In this document: positions 50,230 through 63,780 of the stretch, piece after piece
Layout: each line of letters starts with the position of its first letter
Position numbering within the stretch: the stretch's first letter is position 1
NCBI GenBank assembly: GCA_951406725.2
Contig: OX597819.1
Coordinates: forward strand, 13,268,001-13,332,000
Length of the DNA stretch: 64,000 nucleotides
From: Octopus vulgaris
Taxonomy: Eukaryota
Direction of reading: 5' to 3'
Made by a program: the position numbers and the translations under genes
The notes under the pieces: generated by a model
Databases searched by the model: none
What the model was told of the DNA's origin: nothing
The model's input: only the letters and a program-made list of their open reading frames with translations

Positions 50230-52295
50230 TTACCGCCTTGCATGGCAGGCTTATCGGGAGCCCTCCTACCTCTCTTTCGGTGACCAAATCATCACCTCTG
50301 CCTCAGGAGTCCAACAGGGTGACCCACTTGGTCCCACTACGTTTGCATTGGGAATTGATGACATTACCAAGATGGGGGTTGAGCAAAACCTCAACGTCTG
50401 GCATCTCGACGATGCTCGTTTGTAGGGACCTCCGGACAGGGTTCTAGCTATTGAAAACGTGATGGTTGGGGAGCTTGGTCGCCGGGGTCTCCAAGTAAAC
50501 AGCTCCAAATAGGAGTTCTGTATCCTTAACCACCCGGCTTCTCAGCATTAACCAACTATTGACCTTTTTGCAGAGTCCTTCCCTTCCATTGCAGTCCATC
50601 CCTCATCGGCTTGGTGCTCTCTAGGTGCCCCAATCACTGACCTTGCCTTTGAGTCCATCTTCCAGTCGAAGGTGGCTGCCCTTGAGCAATTGCTGAAAAA
50701 TATTGAAGCTATCGAACCCTATCAAGGTTTTTTCATACTTAGGAATTACCTCTCGATCCCTTACTCAGAGTCAGTTCATCTTACCGACTCCCATCGTGCT
50801 TCCAACGCTTCGACAACCTAATCTTTGAGAGACTCGAATGCTTAGTCAATGTCAGACTTTCTCCAACGTCTCGCTATCAGGCTGTATTGCCCAAGCGATT
50901 TGGAGGCCTTGGTCTTCGTAAGTGTTCATCCCTCTCTCTCCCCTGCTTCCTTTCCTCTACCCACACTTGCTCCACCCTGATGAGCAACATCCTCTACTCG
51001 GACCAGTTCCAACAGGGAGTTGGATAAAGCTCTCCAACACTGGAGTGAATTAGACTTGACTGCTCCTGAGAAAGTGTAGGACTGTTGGAGTCAGAGAGCT
51101 TAGAACAACATAATTTCGAAGGCCACCTTCGACTCCCTCTTCATCCAGTCAGACCAGTTTTCAAGGTGCCGCTTACTGTCTGCTAGCGCCAAATACTCAG
51201 GTGACTGGGTTGATGCCATCCCTGTGGCTAACGTTGGTGGCCTACTCAGCTTGGACGAACTTTGTGTCTCCGTTGCCCTCAGAGTGGGAGTTAACATATG
51301 CATGGGTTTGATCTGTCGTCGTGACTAGCTCCTCGACTCCACAGGCTTCCACGGCCTGTCTTGCTGCATGAATGCTGGTTGCTTCGCACGTCACACAGAG
51401 TTAAACCTGATACTCAAGAGGAGTTTGGCCCGGACAAACATCCTCTCCATCTTGGAACCATTTGGATTGTCCATATATGATGGGAAGAGACCTGATGGCC
51501 TCATTCTGTGCCCCTAGTCGCAAGGCAGGTGCCTTGTCTGGGATGTCACAGTAAGCGACTCCTTTGCTTCTTCTCACATCCTGGATGCTGCGATCAGGGC
51601 GAGATCCACGGCTTCTGCGGCCAAGCTGAACAAAATCCTGAAATACCGCGATCTGTCGGCCAACAGCATCTTCCATCCAGTGGTGGTCGAGACGTTTGGT
51701 TGGGTCGGATCATTAACTGTGAGATTCCTGTCTTTACTGGGCAACTCGCCTTGCAGAGGTAACTGGTGAGGCTCGTGTGGGCGCTTGGCTGTTCCAGCGC
51801 ATCAGCCTCGCCATCACCTGCGGCAACACAGCAAGCGTGCCGGCGAGTCTCAATAGTCATTAGAAAGGGTTAAGGCAGCGAGCTGGCAGAACCGTTAGCA
51901 CGCCGGGCGAAATGCTTCGCGGTATTTCGTCTGCGGCTGCGTTCTGAGTTCAAATTCCGCCGAGGTCGACTTTGCCTTTCATCCTTTCGGGGTCGATTAA
52001 ATAAGTACCAGTTACGCACTGGGGTCGATGTTATTGACTTAAACCGTTTGTCTGTCCTTGTTTGTTCCCTGTGTGTTTAGCCCCTTGTGGGTAGTAAAGA
52101 AATAAATAGTCATTAGAAAGGGTTCCCAGCACCCCCAACTTTTCAACCCAAGGTGGTGAATTGTTTTGTTTTTTTCTTCCTTTTTTTCTCTATTTTCTTT
52201 TTCACTTTTTCTTTTCTCTTTTCTTCTTAATTTTTTTCATTTGTGTTCTCTGTTTTGTCCAGTTTTCTAGTTTGATTTTGTAAAACAATAAACAC
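50230..52295 (+). mobile_element. Degenerate 5'-truncated CRE-clade-like non-LTR retrotransposon (RT, Zn-knuckle, RLE)
   Basis: Across broken frames: SASGVQQGDPLGP, WHLDDA, FGGLGLR, HGLSC..RH, EPFGL..DGKRPDG, LVWDVTV, HPVVVETFG, WLFQRISLAI..GN; T-rich 3' UTR with AATAAA. Confidence 0.8.
51872..52104 (+). mobile_element. SINE family B nested in the CRE-like element
   Basis: Perfect 20-bp TSD AATAGTCATTAGAAAGGGTT at 51852-51871 and 52105-52124. Confidence 0.93.
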
Positions 52296-52893
52296 TGTCA
52301 GGCAATGAAATATATCTTACGGATAAGAAAATAAAGATAAAATAACCCTAAACCCTAACCCTAAACACCGGGTGTACGTATTCTTTACTTTCACCGATAT
52401 AATGTGATATTATTCGTTCGGGGTTTTTGTAGCGACAACCTAGTCCAAGTCGAATATTTATACGTGTTTCTTTCTCTAAATCTTCCAATATTTTGTGAGT
52501 GTATTTGGTAAACGCCGAGGTCGACTTTGCTTTTCATCCTTTCGGGGTCGCTAAATTAAGTACCAGTTACGCACTGGGGTCGATATAATCGACTTAATCC
52601 GTTTGTCTGTCCTTGTTTGTCTCCTCTGTGTTTAGCCCCTTGTGGGTAGTAAAGAAATAGGTAACTATGTGGAAGCTCGCTGTGTGTGTGTATGAGCACG
52701 CGCGTGTCTGTGATTGTTCCCCGTTGCTTGACAACCCGTGTTGTTTTGTTTACGTTCCTGTAACCAAGCGGTTCGGCAAAGGATACGATACGATAAATAC
52801 CAAACCTTAAAATTAAGTACTAGGGTCGATCTGTTCGATTAAGCTCTTCAAGGTCTCTACGGCCCCAGCATGGCTGCAGTCCAAAGCCTGAAA

Positions 52894-53544
<651 letters not shown>

Positions 53545-54274
53545 ATCAATGTCTTACACTTTCGAGTGTTGTCTTTTTTTTAGTGTATCTCCATAGTTAT
53601 TTCCCTTTAATTATTTTGGCGGACGAAGAGGCGAGGTGAGGCTCCGTCCTCTCAAATATTGTTAAGTTAACGCAAAATAAAGCTCATTCCTATTCTTTCG
53701 TGTCCGAATTTATCTCAGCCCCTGGTCCCCTACTACTCTACGTGCCTTCTCTCGAGACTCAAGTACACATTCGTTCCCACCACAGTTTGTATTTTCTTTT
53801 ACAGCCGTTTAACGGTTTTTGTATTCCTGTAGAATAGAGGCTGGAAATTTTCCAGGGCTCTAAAAACCGTATTTCCTTTGGATACGTGTTTCTAGCATTA
53901 TCGATTACGAACCAAGACAAAAAAATTTTTTGTTGTTGTTGATGGGGGGCAGAATGGGTGAGCAAGGATCCCTAATTATTTCTTCAGTTTTTACATTTTG
54001 TGAAAAAAAAAAAATATATATATATATATTTACAAGTTTATGTTTTAATCATCTAAGAATGAAATTCTTCGAAAATAAGCGGAACAGAAATCTGAAAAGT
54101 TTTTCACAAAATATACTAAAAGTTGATCGAGAGAGTGCAAAATGGTATGCAAAGCTTGTATTATTTAGAAAATCGACGGAAAGGGAACCGTGAAATTGTC
54201 GTGAGAAGTGGAAAAATCTAGTGTTTCAAATAGGGATGAAAATCTTTGCTGCTCCTCTTCAATTTCACTGCTCT

Positions 54275-54462
54275 TCTCTCTTTTACTCTTTTACTTGTTT
54301 CAGTCATTTGACTGCGGCCATGCTGGAGCACCGCCTTTAGTCGAGCAAATCGACCCGGGACTTATTCTTTGTAAGCCCAGTACTTATTCTATCAGTCTCT
54401 TTTGCCGAACCGCTAAGTGACGGGGACGTAAACACACCAGCATGCTAGGGGGACAAACACAG

Positions 54463-54511
<49 letters not shown>

Positions 54512-54582
54512 TACGACAGGCTTCTTTCAGTTTCCGTCTACCAAATCCACTCACAAGGCATTGGTCGGCCCGGGGCTATAGC
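54275..54582 (-). mobile_element. SINE family A, 5'-truncated
   Basis: Matches the family A body and tail. Confidence 0.85.
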
Positions 54583-55222
54583 ACTTTTCCCCTCAATAAG
54601 GATTCTGTCTAAAATATTAGACAAAATTTTAAGTCTTTCATGACCTTATTTATTTACTCATTTCACTCTATAGACTGTGGCCATGCTGGGGCACAGCCTT
54701 GAATCTGTATTTTTTTATTTTATTTTAATTTTTTTTTTATTTTGTAGAGAATCATAAATTATAACTGGTATTCCGTCGGTTACGACGATGAGCGTTCCAG
54801 TTGATCCGATCGGCGAAAACAGCCAGCTGACTTGCAAGTGGCTGAGCACTCCACAGATACGTGTATACTCACCGTAATTCTCTGGGAGATTCAGAATGAC
54901 ACAGAATACGACAAGGCTGGCCCATTGAATTACAAGTACACCTCAGTTTTGTTAGCTAAGTAGATTGGAACAATATGAAAGAAGTGTCTTGCTTAAGGAC
55001 ACAATGCACCACTGGAAATTGAACTCACAACCCTACGATTGTGAGCCGAATACTCTAACTGCTAAGTCACGCGCCTTCACAGAATCATTAGCTCCGATCC
55101 TCGAAACACCCATCCTTTTTCTTGGAGAATGATTTGCTAAATACATCCACACAATAGTATCCAGATTTTCAGGTTCCTAATATGTTCTTTGTTTGGCGAT
55201 TTTTCGAACTTTGTACATATAC

Positions 55223-55400
55223 AGGCAAAGGAGTGGCTGTGTGGGAAGTAGCTTGCTTACCAACCACATGGTTCCGGGTTCAGTTCCACTGCGTGGCACC
55301 TTGGGCAAGTGTCTTCTACTATAGCCTCGGGCCGACCAATGCCTTGTGAGTGGATTTGGTAGATGGAAACTGAAAGAAACCTGTCGTATATATGTACATG

Positions 55401-55431
<31 letters not shown>

Positions 55432-55530
55432 TTGTGTGTCTATGTCTTGGGGTTGATTTGCTTGACTAAAGGCGGTGCTCCAGCATGGCCACAGTCAAAT
55501 GACTGAAACAAGTAAGTAAAGAGTAAAGAG
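55223..55530 (+). mobile_element. SINE family A, internally deleted
   Basis: Head and tail present, part of the body missing. Confidence 0.85.
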
Positions 55531-55651
55531 TATACTGGGATTTGCAAAAGTTCTGTTACACTTGTTACGATGCTCTCAAGAAAGGACACAGTGACAGTTT
55601 TGTTGCAGTTAGACATGATTTTATTGTTTTAACATAGAAATATGTGTTTAA

Positions 55652-55872
55652 CCCTTTAGCATTCAGATTACTCTGTCAAATCTAATGCTTATTTATTCAC
55701 ATTGTTTTGAATCAACCATGCACTGTCTCATAGCTTCAAGATTTCAATAATGTGATTGCTTATTTTTCAGAATCACATTGTGGGATAGGTATGAAAAGTT
55801 GGATCTGGCCAATTTGAGCATAAAACAAGTAGAATATTTGGGCCGGAAATGGCCGGTTTGAATGCTAAAGGG
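55652..55872. mobile_element. piggyBac-type MITE
   Basis: TTAA|CCCTTTAGCATTCA ... TGAATGCTAAAGGG|TTAA. Confidence 0.9.
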
Positions 55873-55885
55873 TTAAATACTAATA

Positions 55886-57375
55886 TCAATCAATATGGCC
55901 ATCCTCGGCGGCGAGCACGGGCTCCAGGCGAGACCTGAAAGCTGTGCACACATTATGGACAAAGCCCTTCCTCGTGCTGGCCCACATGTGATTGACAGTG
56001 AAATTCAGCTCATCGACGTTGCTGTGGCAGACCTCAACATGCACCCACATGCTGTAGTAGAGGGGTTGAGGTCGGGCGACTGCAGCTGTCAAAAGTCCTT
56101 CAACCAGATATTCGTGTTTGACCATAACCACTCTTGCGTGGCATTGACCATGTGGGCTGGGACACCAACCTGCTGAAAGATGTAGTCTGCTTTCTCCGTG
56201 ATCTTTCTCACGCAGGGTAGGACTTTTGTGTCCGAGATGTCCCTGTAGTTGACCGCAGTGCAGTGAGCCTGTAACCAGCTGTGAACCACAGCAGACGAAT
56301 CTTCTCACCATTTGAACCTTTGACGCCAAGCGTCATCACAGAAACCAGGTACTTGGTCATGGACACATAGCGGACCTCAGAGACATCCTGGCTGAAACTG
56401 ACCATGCAGTTGTTCTGCTTGTTGACGACTGGATTGACCACAAAAGTTTTTTCATCTGAAAAAATGAAAATTCGAATTCCATGGCACTTTAAATCATTAA
56501 GAAGGTGACAAAAGCACACTTAACGTTGTTTTCAAATACAGTCAGTGAGCAGAGGCCTTTCCATGCACCTTAAGCACTTGCCGCCCTCCTCCTTGACCGC
56601 CTTGGACACCATAGTCACAGAGATGTTGTTGTTTTTCATGAGTGCAGTCATTCTAGGTATTTGGTGGGGATACTTCATGGAAGCACTCCATCAGTTACGA
56701 CGACGAGGGTTCCGGTTGATCCGAATCAACGGAACAGCCTGCTCGTGAAATTAACGTGTAAGTGGCTGAGCACTCCACAGACACGTGTACCCTTAACGTA
56801 GTTCTCGGGGATATTCAGCGTGACACAGAGAGTGACAAGGCCGGTTCTTTGAAATACAGGTACAAGAGAGACAGGAAGTAAGAGTGAAAGAAAGTTGTGG
56901 TGAAAGAGTACAGCAGGGATCACCACCATCCCCTGCCGGAGCCTCGTGGAGCTATTAGGTGTTTTCGCTCAATAAACACTCACAACGCCCGGTCTGGGAA
57001 TCGAAACCGCGATCCTACGACCACGAGTCCACTTCCCTAACCACTGGGCCATTGCGCCTCCACGGAGATACTTCATATCCAGCTGTTGACATGATTGATC
57101 CCTTCTAGGGTTTTTGTTCTGCATGCCAGGTACTCATGTATTATCTTCTCAGTGAACTGGTTCAATTTTGTCCCTTGTTGTTCTGATAAAAGATTTTACC
57201 AATGCTCCTTCGGGAGAAATCTCTATCAATTCTCATTTCGTCTCTCTCCTCAAGTTCATTAATTATTCTAATTATGTTGTTGATTTCATGGTCACAGACT
57301 TGGGCAAAATAGCTTTCGGTAGCTTTTGTCTACTCCAGATGTTGTTTCAGTGTCACAATCTGCGCTTCACATGAC
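55886..57375 (-). pseudogene. Decayed Tc1/mariner transposase, probably DD37D/maT-like, interrupted by a family C SINE
   Basis: IFSDEKTF..NKQN, YIFQQVGVPAH, QSPDLNP..YSMW, FRSRLEPVLAAEDGHID; many stops and frameshifts. Confidence 0.8.
56678..57062 (-). mobile_element. SINE family C
   Basis: Full-length; GG(G/A)GATACTTCA on both sides. Confidence 0.9.
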
Positions 57376-57390
57376 ATCAGTGCAGTGTGC

Positions 57391-57447
<57 letters not shown>

Positions 57448-59287
57448 CGCGCGTGTGTTTGTATGTGTGTGTGTATGCATGTATGCATGCATGAAAACTT
57501 AGAAATTTGGGGATTGGTACCCAATGGGACATTTAATCTAAAAGAGTGTGTTTTAGACTCTAAGCCCTGACGAAAGCAACTATTACAGGTGATGGAAGCC
57601 TTAGGTGTGTTGTTAACTGAGTTTGTGGCAAGCATTTGCACCAAATTTTTTCTATCAGAATTTCCAAGAAGTGTGGCTGAACCTCCAAAAGCCTTCACCA
57701 CTGAAACAAATCATCACTGTGCCTGGTCTAACAGCCATTGGACTCCTCTTATGTCAAAGTCAACAGGAGAATTTATTATATATGATAGAAATATTAAAAT
57801 TACTAAGTCTCTCTAAAGGAGATTACGGCAGCGTTACTGGAAATTAATAGTTATCGCCATACTAATATGGCAGTCCATAAATATAAGACTAAAGCTGTCG
57901 CTGATTAGTTCCAAGAGGCCATCGCCTCTAGCTAGCTATATGACACACGAACCTGCGTCCATTACAACCTTCGAACAGGGGAGGTCAACCGCTTCACCTT
58001 GCTAGTCATATTATATATGTTTTAGTACATATTCATTTTTCTGTCTTTTTTTTTTCAATCACTTTCTTCAAATGGCATTGACGACCATTGCTGAGAGAAA
58101 CAATAGTGAATTCAAATCATATAAGTTATATTAGTGTTGTGTTTCAAGAGAAAGTATTTAGCTTGTATTTTGGTTAAATAACAATGTTGTCTATAAGTGA
58201 ATGAATTCACATAATATTGTGGATTGAGCTTTTGTATTGTAAGACTTGGTTTAAGCCAAAATCTATAGATACAGGGTCCAATTCAGTAAATTTTGCTGCA
58301 GGATAAGTTTTGGTTTAAGCATTGTTAAAGTCAGAATCTAAAAGAGAAGGCTTTTAAGTTTCTGGTTTATCAAGAGGGGAGGATTTTAAATTTCTGGTAT
58401 ACCAATGTTGCTGTTTGTTTGTTCCTTCTTGAGCCATGTCTGGCTCATAAGGGCTGGTTTCCTGGTTTCCATGGCGTATGGGTTCCCCACATGGATGAGA
58501 CACTGGTCCGTCGCAGGTGAGCTGCAAGATGCAGGAGGAAAGAGCGAGAGAAAGTTGTGGCGAAATAGTCTGCAGAAGTTCGCCATTACCTTCTGCCAGA
58601 GTCACGTGGAGCTTAGGTGTTTTGCTCATAAATACACACATCACCCAGTCTGAGATTCGAACCCGCGTTCCCTCAACCACAAGTCCACTGCTCTAACCAC
58701 TAGGCCATGTGCCTCCACTAACATAGCTGACAGTTATAAAATATTTGTTAACAGATGTTTTAGTGAGTTCAGTCCATTAAGTCCTCATTGGTAATACACA
58801 ATATTAGGTCCACTGCATATGGGGATAAGAATGGCCACACCAGTATTTCTGTTTCCATGTCTTTTTATGGCCTGGAACATTTGTATTTATATATGCACAA
58901 CAATTATTTTGAACAAATCAGTATAAAGTAGATAGTGAATGGTGTTATGAGTTTAGTAAACGACCCTTTTTCTGTACACTCTTTTGACCAAGACTTGAAC
59001 TCAGCATGTGCAGTCCATGGATTCTTCCAAGGATATCAAGCTATGTAGACTACTTTTTCAGACATTGAGCAAATACACAAAGAGCTGATTGAAGGTGGAG
59101 ATTATCAGCAATAATTTTGAAGAGAACAAAAACAGAATTAGCCAGCATCATTATTTCCATGCTTATAAACACTCTTTAACCATTTGTTGAATCTCAGACA
59201 GAAGTTAAACAAACAGAACATTTCTTGCCATTATTAATAGTTTTCTTTTTTTTGCACTGCAAAAAAAAAAAAAAGTTAAAAAGAATA

Positions 59288-59694
59288 GGTGTAGGAGTGG
59301 CTGTGTGGTAAGTAGCTTGCTTACCAACCACATGGTTCCGGATTCAGTCCCACTGCGTGGCACCTTGGGCAAGTGTCTTCTACTATAGCCTCGGGCCGAC
59401 CAAACCCTTGTGAGTGGATTTGGTAGACGGAAACTGAAAGAAGCCCGTCGTATATGTGTATATATATGTATATGTGTGTGTGCATGTATGTTTGTATTTG
59501 TCCCCCTAGCATCGCTTGACAACCGATGCTGGTGTGTTTATGTCCCCGTCACTTAGCGGTTCGGCAAAAGAGACCGATAAAATAAGTACTGGGCTTACAA
59601 AAGAATAAGTCCTGGGGTCGAGTTGCTCGATTAAAGGCGGTGCTCCATCATGGCCACAGTCAAATGACTGAAACAAGTAAAAGAGTAAAAGAGT
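59288..59694 (+). mobile_element. SINE family A
   Basis: Full-length match. Confidence 0.9.
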
Positions 59695-60111
59695 ATCAAA
59701 ATGTGAATGGTGTGTTTGGATTCTTTCCTTGGTTCCAGTTGTTTACAATCAAAGAAACTGTAGAGAAATAATCAAATCTTGTCAAACCATTCCCAGAAAT
59801 TTGGAACACAGCATTGATGAAGAATTTGGGCAGTTTATAGAACTGTTTAAAACTTAGGTTTCTTCTCATGTTAGCACCAAACAAAAACGTGTTGAATTTT
59901 TTTGTTTTTGTTGTTTGATAAACAAACCTTGTTCTCCTGTGTAGAAAATGCTTTCAACATCTGTTTGTCACTCATATCTACCAACAGCACTGAAAGACAT
60001 TTTATTCCAAAACTGAGAAATATTCATTCATTAAACTTGAATTGCTACATGAAATGAATATTTCCAGTTTCTTCAATACATTTGCTCAGACAAAGTCTAG
60101 AAAAAGTTTAA

Positions 60112-60330
60112 CCCTTTAGCATTCAAACTGGCCATATCCGGCCAAAATATTTAACCTGTTTTATATTGAAACTGACCAGATCTTGTCTCTCACCTCAGCC
60201 CTACCATGTCATTCTAAAACTAAAAAATAGCATCCCTGAAATCTCTAAATTACAAGATAATGCATGATTAATTCAAACAATATAAATAAACAAATATCAC
60301 ATTTGACGGAATAATCTGAACACTAAAGGG
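60112..60330. mobile_element. piggyBac-type MITE
   Basis: TTAA|CCCTTTAGCATTCA ... TGAACACTAAAGGG|TTAA. Confidence 0.9.
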
Positions 60331-60340
60331 TTAAATTTTA

Positions 60341-61575
60341 CAAGGGGAAGTCTACAATTATCTGCACTTTTGCCATAACATCATCATCATCATTTAACGT
60401 CCGCTTTCCATGCTAGCATGGGTTGGACGACTTGACTGAGGGCTGGCGAACCAGATGGCTGCACCAGGCTCTAGTCTGATTGGGCAAGGTTTCTACAGCT
60501 GGATGCCTTTTCTAACGCCAACCACTCCGAGAGTGTAGTGGGTGCTTTTTACGTGCCACCGGCAAAGGGGCTGCTTCATTATTATCACACTACCTCCTGT
60601 GCATGCATGCATATAGTTGGTACTATTGTAGTCATGTGATCGAAGTTTGAGCCTCATCACACCATTTTTCTTAGTGGCTTTACAGTGTAAGTATGGCTGC
60701 TCCACCAGCATTGTCTACCAAAGAAGAACAAAGAACAGTGATGCAAGAAATGGTAATGGGGAACTGGTTCACCCTTGCCACCTCTCAAGCTTGCTGAATC
60801 TTCTTGTCCTGCTCCCTCTTCATGCATCATGCTTGTCTGGTCACTTTTAAACTTTTCAATCCACTCATACACATTTCTACGCGGTAGTGCACTGTCCCTG
60901 TATTGTGCTAAAAACCTCCGATGAATTTCAGCACCTCACACACATTCCAACCAGAGAAATTGGATCACAGTTCTTTGTTCTTCTTTGGTGCACATTGCTA
61001 GTGGGGTGGCTGTGGAGGCGCAATGGCCCAGTGGTTAGGGCAGCGGACTCACGGTCGTAGGATCGCAGTTTCGATTCCCAGACCGAGCGTTGTGAGTGTT
61101 TATTGAGCGAAAACACCTAAAAGCTCCACGAGGCTCCGGCAGGGGATGGTGGTGAACCCTGCTGTACTCTTTCACCACAACTTTCTCTCCCTCTTACTTC
61201 CTGTTTCTGTTGTACCTGTATTTCAAAGGGCCGGCCTTGTCACTCTCTGTGTCACGCTGAATATCCCCGAGAACTACGTTAAGGGTACACGTGTCTGTGG
61301 AGTGCTCAGCCACTTACACGTTAATTTCACGAGCAGGCTGTTCCATTGATCGGATCAACCGGAACCCTCGTCGTCGTAACCGACAGAGTGCTTCCATCCA
61401 GTGGGGTAGCCATGTTTACACTGTAAAAACCAGAAAGTAAAATGGTGTGACCAGGCTCAAACTTTGATCATGTAACCACAATACTACCAACTATAAGCAT
61501 GCATGCGCAGAAGGCAATGTGACAATAATAAAGATAAGTCATGGCGAAAGTCCGAACAATTTTGACTTCCCCTTG
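60341..61575 (-). mobile_element. Mariner-derived element with an inverted duplication of its 5' end and two nested retro-insertions
   Basis: TA|CAAGGGGAAGTC ... GACTTCCCCTTG|TA; long inverted arms; mariner N-terminal HTH remnant. Nested RTE tail (~60378-60565) and family C SINE. Confidence 0.8.
61013..61399 (+). mobile_element. SINE family C
   Basis: Full-length; AGTGGGGT(G/A)GC on both sides. Confidence 0.9.
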
Positions 61576-61584
61576 TAGTTTACT

Positions 61585-61975
61585 GGATGGATGGAAGCAC
61601 TCCGTCGGTTACGACGACGAGGGTTCCGGTTGATCTGAATCAACGGAACAGCCTGCTCGTGAAATTAACGTGTAAGTGGCTGAGCACTCCACAGACACAT
61701 GTACCCTTAACGTAGTTCTCGGGGATATTCAGCGTGACACAGAGAGTGACAAGGCCGGCCCCTTGAAATACAGGTACAACAGAAACAGGAAGTAAGAGTG
61801 AGAGAAAGTTGTGGTGATAGAGTACAGCAAGGATCGCAACCACCCCCTGCCGGAGCCGCGTGGAGCTTTAGGTGTTTTCGCTCAATAAACACTCACAACG
61901 CCCGGTCTGGGAATCGAAACCGCGATCCTATGACCGCGAGTCCGCTGCCCTAACCACTGGGCCATTGCGCCTCCA
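61585..61975 (-). mobile_element. SINE family C
   Basis: Full-length; TGTAGTTTACT on both sides. Confidence 0.9.
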
Positions 61976-63213
61976 CTGTAGTTTACTATACAAGTAAAAA
62001 AGATTTGTTTTAATATTTTGTGTTGCTGTTTAAAATTTAGTTATAGGACTCATTATTCAGATCTTTACACTGTGAGTCTATCTGCAATGTTTTGTTGCTG
62101 TCGAAGGACATAAAAGATAATTTGAATCAACGAGCAAAAGTTATATACAAAACTACATCTTGCAAGCCACATGGCAAGGGCTAAGTTGAATGACACATTA
62201 AGATTATTCTGAAAGCTGTTAAATTTGGCAGTATTTTCTACTGTAATATCATCATCAACAACATACCCATTCGGCTTAGCTGCAAGCTATACATCGAATG
62301 AATTCTTCCCCCCCATTCCTTTTCCAACACCATTCTCCCAATTACAACTGATTACCATTTTGACTTTCATCTTTTGGTAAAAGTTCTATTTTGTCAGTTT
62401 ATTCGAGCGAACAAGATGGAATTAACTGATGCAAGTCCACTGCATCTATGCGTTTTTGAATTTTCTAAATGGTTGAAAATCGACACTGCGTCCACTGTCT
62501 AGAAATACTGTGGTGGAAGGAAGACCGGTAAAGGGGAGAGATGATGTCATGTCAATGAGTGAGAAGAAAAGTTTCCCTCTTTTTCATGCCATCTGCAAGA
62601 GAGGTGAGACATGGTGGTAGAGAGGCCATGACAACACTTAATCTGGCGCTACCAGATTTAATACCAAATCACCTATTGGCAGTGAATTATTATTATGGGG
62701 ACACTATATTCCAACTGGGTCTTCACCACAACAAATGCACTCTTCCTCTTCCTCTTCACTAGTTGTGCCACTTTAGCGAAATGGGTAACCGAAATTCCAA
62801 ATTCAACTTGGGGGCTCTAGGTTTCCTGACAGATGTGGTTGGTTATGGCCTTTCTACAACAAAGGTAGAATGAACTCGTATATGTTCATTCAGTGTTTAT
62901 AATTGTTACACGTCTTGTATAAGACTCGGTTCTTGTAAAACATATTTAATTATAGTTAGGATATTGCTGTATTTTTGTGAATTTTTTGAATGAATTAAAA
63001 CCTTTTTAATTTCTATTCCAACATACAAACAAAACCTGGCAGACTATGACAGCCCGGTGATGACATAAAGTCTTACAACATCAGATTACAAACACTTCAA
63101 AGATATCTACCCCAGAATGAGACAGACTGGGTGCAGTTTGAATGCTGATTATTTGGACATTCAGCTTATTTTGGTGACAGTTGTTTTGGTGCAAGAAGCA
63201 CACACACACACAC

Positions 63214-63251
<38 letters not shown>

Positions 63252-63780
63252 GTCTACTCCCAAGTAAGGCTGCCGAATCAGAGACGCCAAATGCGCAATG
63301 CCAAAATGGCTAAGCTGAAATACCCATTTGTTCATTTTTATTTTCCAGTATTCTAAATAGATTAAATAGAGTGTGTTCTAAATATTCGAGTCTCGTTATT
63401 TTAATAGGGGTTGTCGTTGTTGTTTTGATATAAGTCACCTCCAACTGAGTTGTGGCCTGTGTTCACCAGTTGCTCCCCGACTGGTTCGATTTGAACCTAA
63501 ACCGGTAGAAATTTAGAAAAGCTGGCTTATTGGGTCACTGAATCACTTCCTCAAGCAAGAATCTAATTGGGAGGAGAGCGATTACCGTCTGTAGAAATGA
63601 ATCCTACGATGGGGAACGGCCCTTTCCCGCGTCCATTCCTCACCATTCTTCAGGGTAACCTCTTTCATTTTTCATGTTGGGACAACAAAACATTTACAAA
63701 ACTCACTATAGCGTTGTCATATAACGGAGATCCAGTTTAGTTTTCTTTTAGTATTAAACTATGATTTATAAACCAGATGA

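Noticed and set aside
57570-57850. Short + strand ORFs after TATTACAG
   Set aside because: Weak acceptor, no donor and no recognisable protein; adjacent to a decayed transposon.
62200-63700. Non-repetitive stretch with short ORFs
   Set aside because: No consistent exon boundaries or recognisable motifs by eye.
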